From NCBI GenBank assembly GCA_951406725.2, contig OX597834.1, forward strand, positions 16,740,001 through 16,804,000: a DNA stretch of 64,000 nt, in the 5' to 3' direction. Numbering within the stretch: the stretch's first letter is position 1; each line of letters opens with the position of its first letter. This DNA comes from Octopus vulgaris. Lineage: Eukaryota. A program made the translations under genes and the position numbers. The notes under the pieces are model-generated. The model was not told where the DNA came from. It saw only the letters and a program-made list of their open reading frames with translations, and searched no databases. Below are positions 15,700 through 29,316 of the stretch, in pieces.

Positions 15700-15901
15700 G
15701 GAGAGAGACAAAGAGACAGACAAACAATATATCTTATTTTTTTATTCTTAGACTTGTTTAGTCATTTGACTGTAGCCTTGAAGGGTTTTAGTCAAACAAA
15801 TCGACCCCAGGTACTTATTCTGTCAGTGTCTTTTGCCAAACCACTAAGTTATGGGGACATAAAGACACCAATTCCGACTGTCAAGCAGTGATGGGGGGGA
15901 A

Positions 15902-15952
15902 ACACACACACACACACACACAGATATATATACATGCACATATATATATACA

Positions 15953-15995
<43 letters not shown>

Positions 15996-16120
15996 GCATA
16001 TATATATATATATACATGCACATATATATATATACATGCACATATATATATATATACATGCATATATATACATATACATGCACATATATACATATACATG
16101 CACATATATATATAAATATA
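15902..16120. repeat. Compound TA/CA microsatellite
   Basis: Direct inspection. Confidence 0.9.
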
Positions 16121-17007
16121 AAGTGATCGCTTACTATATATAATGGCATACAAAACACACACACATTCATAACAAATCATCCTGGATCTTATATGCAAAG
16201 TTGGGCCGACATTACATGCTTTAACGCACTAAAAACTGCTGTTCCTGAACATGTGCTGCTGAAACTGGAGTGTGTCTAGTATGGCCATGTGTCTTTTATG
16301 TCATCAAACATAGTAACAGTACAACCAGTCATTAATTAACTTATATCTCTTACTTACTTCAGTCATTGCACTGCAGCCATGCCGGGGAATTCCCTTCAAG
16401 GGTTAAGTCAGAATGAATACTTATTTTCCTTATTTATGCCTTGTACTTAAGATATTGTTCTCATTTGCAAAACCACGAAGTTATGGGGACATAAGCAAAC
16501 CAACAGCAGTGATAGGAAGGGACAATTACAAACACACACACATACAAACACCAACATTATTTATCATGTGATAAGGACATGTCACCTATTCAAGGACTGA
16601 ACCCGCAACATCATAATCATGATCCTAATGCCCCAATCACAAACCCACAAGCCTTCATTGGCTAATTGTATGTTGGTTTCAAATTTTGGCACAAGGCCAG
16701 CAACATTGGGGTGGAAGGAGTAAGTCGATCACATTGATCCCAGGGCTTGACTGGTGCATATTTTATTGACCCCAGTTGTCAAGTGATAGGAAGGGACAAA
16801 TACAAGGGACAAATACACACACACACATGTATGACAGGCTTCCACAGCGTTTCCATCAACCAAATCCACTAAGACAGTCAGTCTGAAGCTGAAGTCGAAG
16901 AACCACCCAAGGTCCACACAGTGAGACTGAACCTGGAACCATATGATTACAATATGACTACCTTCACTACACAGTCATGCCTGCACTTACATGACTGACG
17001 TGTTCAT

Positions 17008-17243
17008 ACCTATTTCTTTATTACCCACAAGGGGTTAAACATAGAGGGGACGAACAAGGACAGACATAGGTATTAAATCGATTTTATTGACCCCAGTGCG
17101 TAACTGGTACTTAATTTATCGACCCCGAAAGGATGAAAGGTAAAGTCGACCTCGGCGGAATTTGAACTCACAACGTAACGGCAGACGAAATACCGCTAAG
17201 CATTTCGCCCCACGTGCTAACGTAACAGCCAGCTCATCACCTT
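17008..17243 (-). mobile_element. SINE family B
   Basis: Full copy with flanking duplication tgttcatacc. Confidence 0.8.
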
Positions 17244-17878
17244 CTGTTCATACCAGTGAACCAATGCATAGCCAGACCAGTGCACACTATCGGGATGCAC
17301 TGCCTCAAGACCAAACTCACCTATGCTGGAATCCACCCCGATGTTTTAATTTTACTCAGAAGTCAATATGGAAATATAAACATAACGGTCTTCAGGAGAG
17401 GACTTTGTGCAAAACACCTTGTTGAATATATAAGACCATGTTCAGAATATTTTTCTGGCAGCTTGTGATTACACTAAACAAACAAATGGAAAACAGAAAT
17501 AGATTTTCTTTCTTTCTTGAATGCAAGTAAAAGTTGTTACTGCGCTTGTTGCTCCCATCAAACATTAATAATAACAACATATTATGCACAGACTAAATAG
17601 TTAAGATGTTGATTTACAAAAGCTTTGAAGTGCAAGTTGCTACTGTTTTTTTTTTGTTATCTTTTTAATCTTTATTTCATTTATTTTTTATTTCCATTCA
17701 CCAAGAGAAAGGAGACTGTTCTACCACACAGCAGTCATTAGTTAAACAGTTAATATTAACAAGTGCACACAAAACTGAATGAAGTACATGTTCTGAGCAC
17801 TGAGAAGAATTTCTGAAGAGTTACCGAACCAGCAAATCAAAAGCTAGAAAGAAAGAAAATATACACACACACACACAC

Positions 17879-17951
<73 letters not shown>

Positions 17952-19429
17952 GTGATTAATTAAATATTTATTGAATAATTTCCAAACAACATTTTAAATC
18001 TACACGAAAGTTCAAAGTCTGAATATGTACATCTTTTGATAAATGCCTACATTGCAATTAGAATTTATGTACCCCCACCATATATATATGTGTGTGTGTG
18101 TATGTATGTATGTATATACATATATAAATAAAGGCCAGAAGTCATAAAATTCAACAACAAAAAAATACAGCTGTGCCAAAATCAATCTAAATATATGATT
18201 TTCAGGATTATTTTATCAATGTTGCTTGAGAAAAAAAATACGTATTTTTCCTTTTAAATCTAAAGAAGAAAAAAAATAATTTTTGGGGTTTCAAAAGAGA
18301 GAGATGGATAACAGTACTGATTAGTAACATAAGTACAAGGTCTCAAATAGTTGATTGTATTGACTCTTCGTACTTGACTGGTACTTTATCTTACTAATCA
18401 CAGAAGGATGACCGCCAAAGATGACCTCAGAGAGATTTCAACTTAAGTGGCAACAATATTAACCAGAAAGGCGGCAAGCTGGCAGAAAAATTAGCATGCC
18501 GGGTGAAATGCTTATGGTATTTCGTCTGTCTTTACACTCTGAGTTCAAATTCCACCGAGGTCGACTTTGCTTTTCATCCTTTTGGGGTTAATAAATTAAG
18601 TACCAGTTGCATACTGGAGTCGATCCAATTGACTGGTCCCCTCCCCAAAAAATTTTGGGCCTTGTGCCTAGAGTAGAAAAGAATCATTAGCATGCCACAC
18701 AAAATGCTTAGCGGCATTTTGTCCATCTTTATTTGCCTTTCATCCTTTTAGGGATCGATAAATTAAGTATCAGTTGAGCAATGGGGTTGATGTCATAAAC
18801 TTAACCCTTCCCCTGAAAGTGCTGGCTTTGTGCCAGAATTTGAAACCAATATTTTTATGTAGCAAAGGCAGTGAGCCAGCAGAATCATTAGCATGCAGGG
18901 GAAAATGCTAAGTCCTGGGGTTGATTTCTTTGGCTAAAAAACCCGTTAAGGTGGTGCTCCAGCATGACCACAGTCAGATTACTGAAACAAATTAAAGAAT
19001 AAAAGAATACACATGTATATATATGTACATGTAGTCATATGGAATACTTTAGAATTCCTTTATAGAGAGTCAGTTTAGAGTAAGTTGGAGGTATTTTTCT
19101 CCAAATTGTGCTTCGTCAGATGAATTATGAATTATTAATGAACAATGGATGGATCAGTTCCACATCTGCATGTCTTTGATGGATGTAGTTTTCTTCTTTT
19201 TTCCTCTTTACATTCTGAGTTCAAATTCCATCAAGATTGACTTTGCCTTTCATCCTTTCGAGGGGGTGGGGGCTCAATAAAGTAAGTACCAGTTAAGCAA
19301 CGGGCTCGATGTAATTGACTTAACCCCTCCTCTGAAATTGCTGGCCTTGTGCCAAAATTTGAAACTAGAAATCAGGCAGAAAGTAAGGACTTCATCCATC
19401 CATTTCTAACCACCCGCTATTCCAAGGAG

Positions 19430-19720
19430 GCTGAGTAGAATTCTCAGCTACCTCTTCCACAGGATCCTATCAGAAGCAATCATCAATACACTTCCCTGCT
19501 GGATTTCTTAAACATGACCAAACTGAAATTATTGACATTAACTGACCATCTCGTTCTTGTCTACTTTTAGCTCTCTTGCCGGTTGGCTTAGCTTCAAGAA
19601 TCTGTCTTGCAATCATTTCCTGTGAGATTCTAACAACATGTCCATAATAATGGAGCTGTAACCTCTCAATGCAGAGAGATAGGGTCTAGAGCTGGAAAGA
19701 CTACCTGATCTATAAGCTAT
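19430..19720 (-). mobile_element. Old RTE-like LINE C-terminal fragment
   Basis: Minus-strand IERLQLHYYGHVVRISQEMIARQILEAKPTGKR resembles the RTE R.R..GHV.R C-terminus. Confidence 0.6.
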
Positions 19721-20711
19721 GCAACATGTCAAGTAATGTTATTTCAAAGTTCCTTCAAAGGCCACTTGTAATCGCCATTCTAATCTTTCAGCCAATTAAT
19801 AACTTAATTTCATAAATCAACAGCATTTCACGAAAGCCTCACATTGACCTTCAGCACACTGTAGGTGCATCTTGTTGATGTACATGTTTTCCCCCATGTA
19901 GCTGCAGGGCAGAGGCAGGGGAAACAATTCTGAAGAAAGTGTAGTGTACGAGAGGTTCTAATATATTATAATATATTATCAACATGCTTGTTTTTACAGC
20001 TGCGTTTCTATGCGGGGTGGGTCAGACCGAATTTGTTGAGGCAGATTTTCTAGTCAAATGTCCTTCCTATTGCCAACCCTTACCTGTTTCCAAGCAAGGT
20101 AATACTTTCCCATAGCTGGGCATGTTTCCACTAAAGATTGGAAATGAAGGACACGGCTTGTACGACAGTGACACTCACAACTAACATGATGTCAAGACAA
20201 GGAAACAACAAATACATCCATAAACAAACACATATATGCAATAGCTTCTTTCAGTTTCCATCTATCAAATCTACCAAATCCCCTCACAAGGCTTCCATGG
20301 CTTTGGTCAACTCAGGGCTATAATAGAAGACACTTGTCCAAGGTGTCATACAGTGGGGTTGAACCTGAAACCATGTGAATGGGAAACAAACTTCCTTACT
20401 TCACAGCCATGCCTGTATATACAATGAAATGAAAATTGTAAATCGAGGAAAGTTTCAACAGATTAGAACTTGAATGTGTCTGTATGTGTGTGTTTGTAAA
20501 ACAAACCAAAAATACTCATAGTTTACAAGAAGATATCAGATTAATATTACAAAATGAAACCAACAGTCTCAGTTTTAAATGTATAATGGAAACACATACA
20601 AAACACCAATAAATATCTTTTGAAAAAGCAGAAACGATAAATCCTAATAATCTTAAGAAATTGCAGGTAATTCCACTTATTTGTAAAGCAGTATGTATAA
20701 AAAGAAAACAG

Positions 20712-20753
<42 letters not shown>

Positions 20754-21010
20754 ATATTAGGGAATAAATCCAAACTTACAGGGAAAAATGAGATTTAGGA
20801 TTAAATCCAATTTTATAGTATAAATATATTATATTATATTATATTAAATTAGAGATAAAACCACTATTAGGCAAATCAAACAGTGAAAAACATAAGCCAA
20901 TACATAAAATTAATTTATATATACACGCACACACACATACATAAATATAGATACATGTATGTAGATATAAATATGATAAAGACACATATACATACACGAT
21001 TATCTATAGG

Positions 21011-21055
<45 letters not shown>

Positions 21056-21324
21056 ATACATACATACATACACACACAGATACACACAAGCACACACATA
21101 TCCACAAATGTGTGTTTCTATACACACATTTTTACATCCATAAATAAATGCAGATACAGATATAAACACCTATATACAGGGATGGATGGATGGATGGATA
21201 GGCAGACAGACAGACAGACAGTCCAACGAGTGAAACAAACAGAGAGAAAAAGAATCAACTGGTTCCATTTTGGCATGAGAGACCAAATCGATTTCAGCAA
21301 GATGACTTGAAACTAAACGAACCA

Positions 21325-21365
<41 letters not shown>

Positions 21366-21540
21366 ACCAGGGGGCATTCTGTCTGTCATTCTACCGTTCT
21401 GACCATCATTATAAGAATTACGTTTCCTAATGTTTTCACAGATGAGCACCAGACCTGTAAATGAGGAGAGTGGCAGCGAAGCAAGAGGATGATAGAGCGT
21501 CAATTTAATCAACTGGCTATTAAATAATATTATATATATA

Positions 21541-21950
21541 GTGGCTGGAGTGGCTGTGTGGTAAGTAGCTTGCTAACCAACCACATGGTTCCGGGTTCAG
21601 TCCCACTGCGTGGCATCTTGGGCAAGTGTCTTCTGCTATAGCCCCAGGCCGACCAATGCCTTGTGAGTGGATTTGGTAGACGGAAACTGAAAGAAGCCTG
21701 TCGTATATATGTATATATATATGTGTATGTGTGTGTGTGTGTCTGTGTTTGTCCCCCTAGCATTGCTTGACAACCGATGCTGGTGTGTTTACGTCCCCGT
21801 AACTTAGCGGTTCGCCAAAAGAGACCGATAGAATAAGTACTGGGCTTACAAAGAATAAGTCCCGGGGTCGATTTGCTCGACTAAAGGCGGTGCTCCAACA
21901 TGGCCGCAGTCAAATGACTGAAACAAGTAAAAGAGTAAAGAGTAAAGAGT
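21541..21950 (+). mobile_element. SINE family A (tRNA-like head ggagtggctgtgtggtaag...gggttcagtccc, internal TA/TG tract, (aaagagt)n tail)
   Basis: A/B-box-like head. Many further copies, e.g. 3770-4550, 7810-8180, 14205-14620 and 48310-48700. Confidence 0.85.
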
Positions 21951-22349
21951 ATATATAGTATCAAGGAGACTGCTGTGATTTCAACCAAGGTGAAGAGACG
22001 ACGTTCCAGCGATTTTAATAATAATAATGAAGATTGATGACAACAAAGGCAAACAACGTAGTCGGCGACGAAGAGTTCTCGTGAGGAGGAACTACCGAGA
22101 GCACATTATGTGCAGGGAAGAAAGGTTACGCACGCGCGCGATGGCACGTACACACTCGCACAGGTGTCAATGTACGGAACTCTCGGCTCCTGAGTCACTG
22201 TAATTTCTGCCGATTAATAAATAATATTAAAGTATCGGTCTTGAAGCCGTAAAGCATGGCCGAAACTAACTTCGAAGTCACTATCAACACTATTCTTTTC
22301 TAAAGAACAATAAACATGTACATACGCACACGAACACACACTGTGTTTG

Positions 22350-22361
22350 TGCGCGTGTGTG

Positions 22362-22392
<31 letters not shown>

Positions 22393-22399
22393 GTGTATG

Positions 22400-22430
<31 letters not shown>

Positions 22431-22433
22431 GTG

Positions 22434-22512
<79 letters not shown>

Positions 22513-22579
22513 TTGTATGTGTAAAATAACAGTTTAGTAAAAACCATTGGTTTCATATCTAGTATAGTATATATACATG

Positions 22580-22617
<38 letters not shown>

Positions 22618-22620
22618 TGG

Positions 22621-22667
<47 letters not shown>

Positions 22668-22673
22668 TATACA

Positions 22674-22748
<75 letters not shown>
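22350..22748. repeat. Compound TA/CA/GA microsatellite
   Basis: Direct inspection. Confidence 0.9.
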
Positions 22749-22750
<2 letters not shown>

Positions 22751-23359
22751 AAAAGAGACTATGTGAATCCCATAGTTTTTTACAATTTATTTATAACTTT
22801 CTGGTGGGTTTTTTTCAGGAAACCCATGTTTTTGTGGTCAAAATCTATCGACGCGACGAACAAGATTTAAATTGAAAAAAAAAAAAAAAAAGAAAAGAAA
22901 AGTAAAACAGGCATCGCAAAAACTCCAATCAATGATGACCTTCACCAAATACACTTGTGTTTTTTGATAAGTAGGAAGTGAGAGAGAAAAAAAAAAAAGC
23001 CAATTCACATGGTACGTACGTGCGTACACACATACACACCAAAAGCGAAAAGAGGGGAAAAGTGACTATTTAAAACGCGTCAATTCTGTGGTTAACGTTT
23101 AGCAACGTTTCTCCGTTTTAATCAATATCAAACCTGGTGTTCAAAGACGATGCGATACTTCTGCGACATTCGCTTTGGAGGTTTCTTCGTCACAACCCTA
23201 TATTTTATTATGGATTGGGCCTGGCACTTTAGACTGCACCAAATAAATCGTTTATATTTTATGGTGTCTTTCAACGAAACTGTGAACAGGCAGAGACTTC
23301 AATAAGAGAATAGCCTTCAACACTTATTGGGATATAGCCACAATAAACCAATGCTTCTA

Positions 23360-24140
23360 TTATATATATACATAGAATATATATGTATGTATGTACATAC
23401 ATATGTATACACTATATATATATATACACATGTACATACATATATACACATGTATAAACATGTATATACACACACATATATATATACATACACACACACG
23501 TATATACACGTATCTATACACACACGTATATAGATATATATATATACATACACATGTCTATACATACATACATACATATATACATACATACAGATACATA
23601 CATATATACATACATACACATACATATATATATATACATACACACTTATATATACATGTGTATACACACACTTGTATATACATGTGTATACACACACTTG
23701 TATATACATGTGTATACACACACTTGTATATACATGTGTATACACACACTTGTATATACATGTGTATACACACACGTATATATACATGTGCATACATACA
23801 CGTATATATACATGTGTATACACACACGTATATATACATGTGTATACATACACGTATATATACAAGTGTATACATACACGTATATATACAAGTGTATACA
23901 TACACGTATATATACAAATATATACATACACGTATGTACATATGTGTATACATACATGTGTATACATAGACGTATATATACATATATACACACGTATATA
24001 TACATATATACACACACGTATATATACATATATACACTTGTATATGTACATACACATGTATATATGCACATATATATATATATATATACATGCATATATA
24101 TGTGCACGCTATATATATGTGTGTGTGTGTATAATGCATG
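23360..24140. repeat. Microsatellite-derived tract with a higher-order ~22-26-bp period (tatatacatgtgtatacacacacttg)
   Basis: Regular units at ~23650-23920. Confidence 0.9.
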
Positions 24141-25839
24141 TATACGCTCACGTACGCACAAGGCTCGTTAAATAATCAGAATAAGAAATGTGTTGAGTGA
24201 ACGATCAATCTAGATACATCAATTTCTGACACACCCCTTTTATTGACTTCCGGTGTCTGACTGGCGAGAATACCACCACCACCACCATCATCATCATAAC
24301 CACGAGACAAAATGACGTCAAGTAGATTAATTAAAAGAAAAATACGTTAGAGATAGTAGGTGCAATGATTAAATAAGTATGAAGTTCTTGTTTAATAAAA
24401 GATTTACTTGTTGACGATACCTAAGCATTATATGCGACTATCGTGGCTAGGCAATGCAAAGACAGACACACTACATATAGGTTTGTTAGTCTTAGGCAGA
24501 CAAACAGATAGAAAGATAGAGAGAGATGTGGATGGAGACAGACAGAGAAGTAAACAGATAGAGATAGATAGACGGACAGACAATGAAATATAAATAATTT
24601 ATAGTGGCCAAAGGCATATATGTATATATATTTGAACAACTTGTATGAATCTGGATAAATTAAACAAGATGCAAGATAAACTCTTCATTCTTTGAAAATT
24701 TACTCCACATCTAGAGATAACAGAACAATCACTTGGTTGTAACAGGTACCATTTCCAAATGTGAAAGGGAGAGAATCTCAAGATATCAAGAATTCTCTAA
24801 AACTGACATGCCGTTTAAGAAAGGGCAGTCTGAATGTCTACTGAGAAGTGGACAGCGACAGTCGCAAGTTTCTGCCCCAGGAGGCCGTCATCAGAAGAGC
24901 AACTGTCCAACCTTATCTTCAGCGGATGAAACACACCGAAATATACAGAAAAAAGTAAAAGGTGTTTATGGCTTAGGTAATTTACAGAAATAATAAGAAA
25001 ATGAGTTAAAAGAAGAAACTCAGATTGGCCATGTGTGTGTGTGTGTGTGTGTGTGTGGATCAGTTGTACAAAAGACAAAATAGACAAGACAGGTGAGAGA
25101 ACAACAAGAAGGTGTATTAGTTTGATGCTTGGGAAGAATGGACAAGTCTTTGATGTTTTGAACCTACGCTCTTCAGCAGAAAGAGATGAGAGGGAAAAAT
25201 GCTGAGGGATTAATGGTTTAACATGATGAAATATATTTTGTTGTTTATAACTTTATACACTCATTGTGGTTTCCTCTGGTATTGTACTATGTATTGTATG
25301 TTTTGTAGAATATATACATTAAGGAACTTTTTTTTATGAGTACCACCAGATTAGTTGAATCCATATAGTGTGACACAGATATCTATATAATCAACACACA
25401 TACACACATTTATGTAATCAACACACACACACACACACATTTATATAACACAAATATATATATATATATATATATATAGGGAGAGTTTATGAAAAAAACA
25501 AAAGACGAAGACAGGTGGTGTACAAAACAAACAGATGTATTAGTATAACGCTCAGGAACAGAAAAAGTCTTTTACGTTTCGAGCCTACGCTCTTCTACAG
25601 AAAGGGACACAGAAAAAAACAAGGAGAGAAAACAATGTGTGTAGTGGCTAACGATCTATCATGGCAACATATATGTATATATATATATATATATAAAGCA
25701 GAACAGAGAATTATATACATCTTCAAAAATTATTTACTATAGTACTGTTCTCATTAAATTCCAATCTACTCAGTATGCTGTAAAAAATCCAATGAAGTGA
25801 ACTCAGGATTTACCAACTGAGTGAAGAACCATTTAATTC

Positions 25840-25886
25840 ATTATCATCACTTAACATCTGTTGTCCAAGCTGGCATGGGTCAGATA
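25840..25886 (-). mobile_element. Short RTE-LINE 3' terminal fragment fused to the U6 copy
   Basis: Minus strand atctgacccatgccagcttggacaacagatgttaagtgatgataatg resembles the family 3' end acccatgctagcatggaaaacggacgttaaacgatga seen at 34636-34672 and 35965-36010. Confidence 0.7.
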
Positions 25887-25887
25887 T

Positions 25888-25995
25888 AAAAAAAAAAAAT
25901 ATGTAACGCTTCAGGAATTTGCACGTCATCTTTGCACAGGGGCCAAACTGATCTTCTCTGTATCGTTTCAATCTTAGTATATGTACTGCTGAAGC
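25888..25995 (-). pseudogene. RNU6: U6 snRNA retro-pseudogene
   Basis: Minus strand reads gcttcagcagtacatatactaagattgaaacgatACAGAGAagatcagtttggcccctgtgcaaagatgacgtgcaaattcctgaagcgttacata followed by a T-run, colinear with U6. The ACAGAGA box is intact, but the catalytic AGC triad reads AGT and there are several other substitutions. Confidence 0.9.
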
Positions 25996-26107
25996 TATGT
26001 TCCTTATAATTCGATGTGGTTAGCCAGATGTGGATCATATTGGAGTGCTAATAAGGTACCTGCACAAATTCCAAAACCCTATTCTTTTACGTTAAATATA
26101 TATAACG

Positions 26108-26388
26108 TGTGGAGGCGCAATGGCCCAGTGGTTAGGGCAGCGGACTCGCAGTCGTAGGATCGCGGTTTCGATTCCCAGACCAGGTGTTGTGAGTGTTTAT
26201 TGAGCGAAAACACCTAAAAAGCTCCACGAGGCTCCGGCAGGGGGTGGTGATCCCTGCTGTACTCTTTCATCTGTTGGCCTGCTCGCTTAGCCAGCAGGGT
26301 GGCATCAATTGAAGGCTAAAACAATGCGAACGCATTGTGACCAGCGATGTGTAGCAACATCTGATGGTCTGGTCGGTCACGTGATCAC
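26108..26388 (+). mobile_element. SINE family C (tRNA-derived head)
   Basis: A box tggcccagtgg, B box ggtttcgattcc, then a non-tRNA body. Confidence 0.8.
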
Positions 26389-26529
26389 ATGATATATAAC
26401 GTAGCATTAGTCATGGCATCCAGCCATAGAAACCTTGTAAAAACAGATATTAGAAACCAACACAGCCTCAGGCTTGTTGGATCCTGCCAGTTCATCCAAT
26501 CCCTGCCAGCATGGAATATAGACGTTAAA

Positions 26530-26928
26530 TACTCTTTTACTCTTTTATTTGTTTCAGTCATTTGACTGTGGCCATGCTGGAGCACCACCTTTAGTCGAGC
26601 AAATCGACCCCAGGACTTATTCTTTGTAAGCCTAGTACTTACTCTATCGGTCTCTTTTGCCGAACCGTTAAGTTACAGGGATGTAAACACACCAGCATCG
26701 GTTGTCAAGCGATGTTGGGGGGACAAACACAGACACACAAACATATACACACACATACATATTCATACATATATATATGACGGGCTTCTTTCAGTTTCCG
26801 TCTACCAAATCCACTCACAAGGCTTTGGTCGGCCCGAGGCTATAGTAGAAGACACTTGCCCAAAGTGCCACACAGTGGGACTGAACTCGGAACCATGTGG
26901 TTCATAAGCAAGCTACTTGCCACTCCTA
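26530..26928 (-). mobile_element. SINE family A
   Basis: Reverse complement of the family. Duplication acgttaaat on both sides. Confidence 0.8.
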
Positions 26929-27678
26929 CGTTAAATGATGATATATATAGTACAAAATGTACAGCATGTGTGTGAGGAAAATATTGAAGTACTTGCTGAC
27001 AGGTAGATGGTAATAGAGATTTAGAGCACAGAGGACAAATGGAAGTTCTTACAGGAACAACCTGTTGAGGGCTACAAATTTGATTGGTTCAAAAGTACTA
27101 GCCAGACCAGAAGTAGCATTGTGGTGAAACAATGAAGGGGGCAGAGCCATAGAAGCAGAGACGGGCTTGGAAAAACTGAAAGAAAGGAAACAGCAGAGAA
27201 CTATACCAAGTAGCAAGACGAGAAGCTAGTCAACAGGTGTGAAGCAGAACATGGGATGTTTGCCAATGTCCTATGACAAGAGGAACAGCAGTATGAAGTA
27301 TTCCAGATTGCAAGACAGTCTATCAGAGGACAAGATGTAGAGGGACAATGGTGCACTTGGTTTTAGTGACTCTAAAAGAAAAAGGCACTGGAAGTGCAGC
27401 TTTAAAAGGCTATTAACTGTAAAAAATGCATGGGAGGAAAAGGGCCTTCCCAGAATGAACCCAACAAAGGGAAACCAACTGTTCTGAGCAAAGTAATTAA
27501 GAAATATGAAGGCTGAGAAAGCCCCCCTGGACCATCAGGAGTAACTGCTGGGCTGCTTAAGATATTTGATAGTTGCCTTTAAGAAGAACAGGAGATGTAG
27601 GTTGTACAGGGTGTCATACATGAAGACTGGTTGTAACAGCATCATAACCAACTGTTACATGGGCAAATAATATATATA

Positions 27679-27980
27679 TGTGTGGAGGCACAATGGCCCA
27701 ATGGTTAGGGCAGCGGACTCGTGGTCGTAGGATCACGGTTTCGATTCCCTAACCGGGTGTTGTGAGTGTTTATTGAGCAAAAACACCTATAGCTCCACGA
27801 GGCTCCAGCAGGGGGTGGTGGCAATCCCTGCTGTACTCTTTCGCCACAACTTTCTCTCACTCTTTCTTCTGTTGGCCTGCTCGCTTAGCCAGCGGGGTGG
27901 CGCCATTTGAAGGCTAAAACAATGCAAAGTGCATTGTGGCCAGTGATGTGTAGCAACATCTGATAGCCTGGTCGGTCACG

Positions 27981-27985
<5 letters not shown>
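27679..27985 (+). mobile_element. SINE family C
   Basis: Same head and body as 26108, inserted in the RTE fragment. Confidence 0.8.
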
Positions 27986-28044
<59 letters not shown>

Positions 28045-29127
28045 AGAGAGGTAATTACAGGGGTATGAAATTACTGGACTATATGACGAAGGTCATGAAA
28101 AAGATATAGCTCAATTAATTTGGGAGAGACTTAGCTGAGATGGAATGCAGTTCAGTTTTGTATCAGTAAAAAGTACTGCTAATGCCATCTTCCGACTGAG
28201 ACAACTGGAGGACAAGAAGAGTAAATAACTACACCAGGAAGCCTTCGACTGAGTCCTTCACTCAGTGTTCTGGTGGTTACTGAGGAAGCTAGTAGGTGAA
28301 TGGTTTGTGCGTCATACAAGCCACATACAGGGTTGCTGTCAGCAAGGTAGAAATTAACAAATACAGTAACAAATTTAGTGTGCAGGTAAGTGTCTACCAG
28401 GGCTCAGTACTTAGTCCCCTTCTATTTATCAAAGTCCTGCAGGCCACAACAGAGGAGTTTAAGACTGGATACTTTGTTCTTACCACTAAACCTGTAACAG
28501 GATTAGAGAAGATATTCCAGCATGAAACCAAAATTCGGAATCAAAGGGCCTTGTAGTTAATTAAGCAGAGGTTAGTCTAAGTAACTATGAAAACTGATGG
28601 GAACCTGTTACCATTAGGGAACTGGACTTAATACATAGAAAGAGCAAGTAGAAATTTGATATGATGTACCCAATGTAAATTGTGGATACACAAGAGGTGC
28701 AGAGGGATTATAGAGGGGTTAACAGAGAAAGCAGACTTTATATGTGACAGATACACTGGAACAACAAATAAAGAACAGACAGGAAACTGATGCCCTCAAA
28801 TTCCCAGGAGGATCCCTAAAGGTAGTTGATAGTTCCTGTTCACTAAGCAATTTAAGTAGCAGTGGTGGAAAGTATAGTGGCCAGTGTAGCAACCTTGCCA
28901 GCAAAAAGTTTCACTTTTAGAGTGAAAGACAGACTACATGATGCCTGTGTACCAATTTCTGTGTTACATGCTAGTAAAAATGAGCCCTGTAGAGGACCTG
29001 TGAATACTAGAAAGAAATGAGGCAAATATGCACCACTGGCTGTGCAGTATTAGTGTGCATGATCAATAGAGCACAAATGTACTACTGAGAAAAAAAACTA
29101 AGCATAAGCGTAATCAGATGAAAGATG

Positions 29128-29316
29128 AGGGGGTGCTGAAAAGTTCCTGGCTTTAAGGGTGTTGTGAAAGGCCGAGTTGGAGGCCCTTCCTTCTGAGTTC
29201 TTTTACAGGGCTCAGAAAAACTGAAGGACCGCTACAATAAGTGGGTGAATAAAATCATAATTAACTGATCCTCTTGTATTGTCTTTTACCCAAAGTCAGG
29301 AATTTTTCAACACCTG
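29128..29316. mobile_element. Mariner-type MITE inside the RTE fragment
   Basis: TIR pair ggtgctgaaaagttcctggcttt / aaagtcaggaatttttcaacacc. Confidence 0.65.

Noticed and set aside
21294-21512. Possible second ZDHHC coding exon
   Set aside because: There is an acceptor-like site, but the translation has no similarity to the expected DHHC exon 2.
25888-25995. Functional U6 gene
   Set aside because: The AGC triad is mutated, the 5' stem is damaged, there is no TATA at the expected -30 position, and it is fused to a LINE tail.
26108-26185. tRNA genes at SINE-C heads (also 27679 and 56810-56891)
   Set aside because: A and B boxes are present but run into a shared SINE body without a clean acceptor stem. 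These are tRNA-derived SINE heads.
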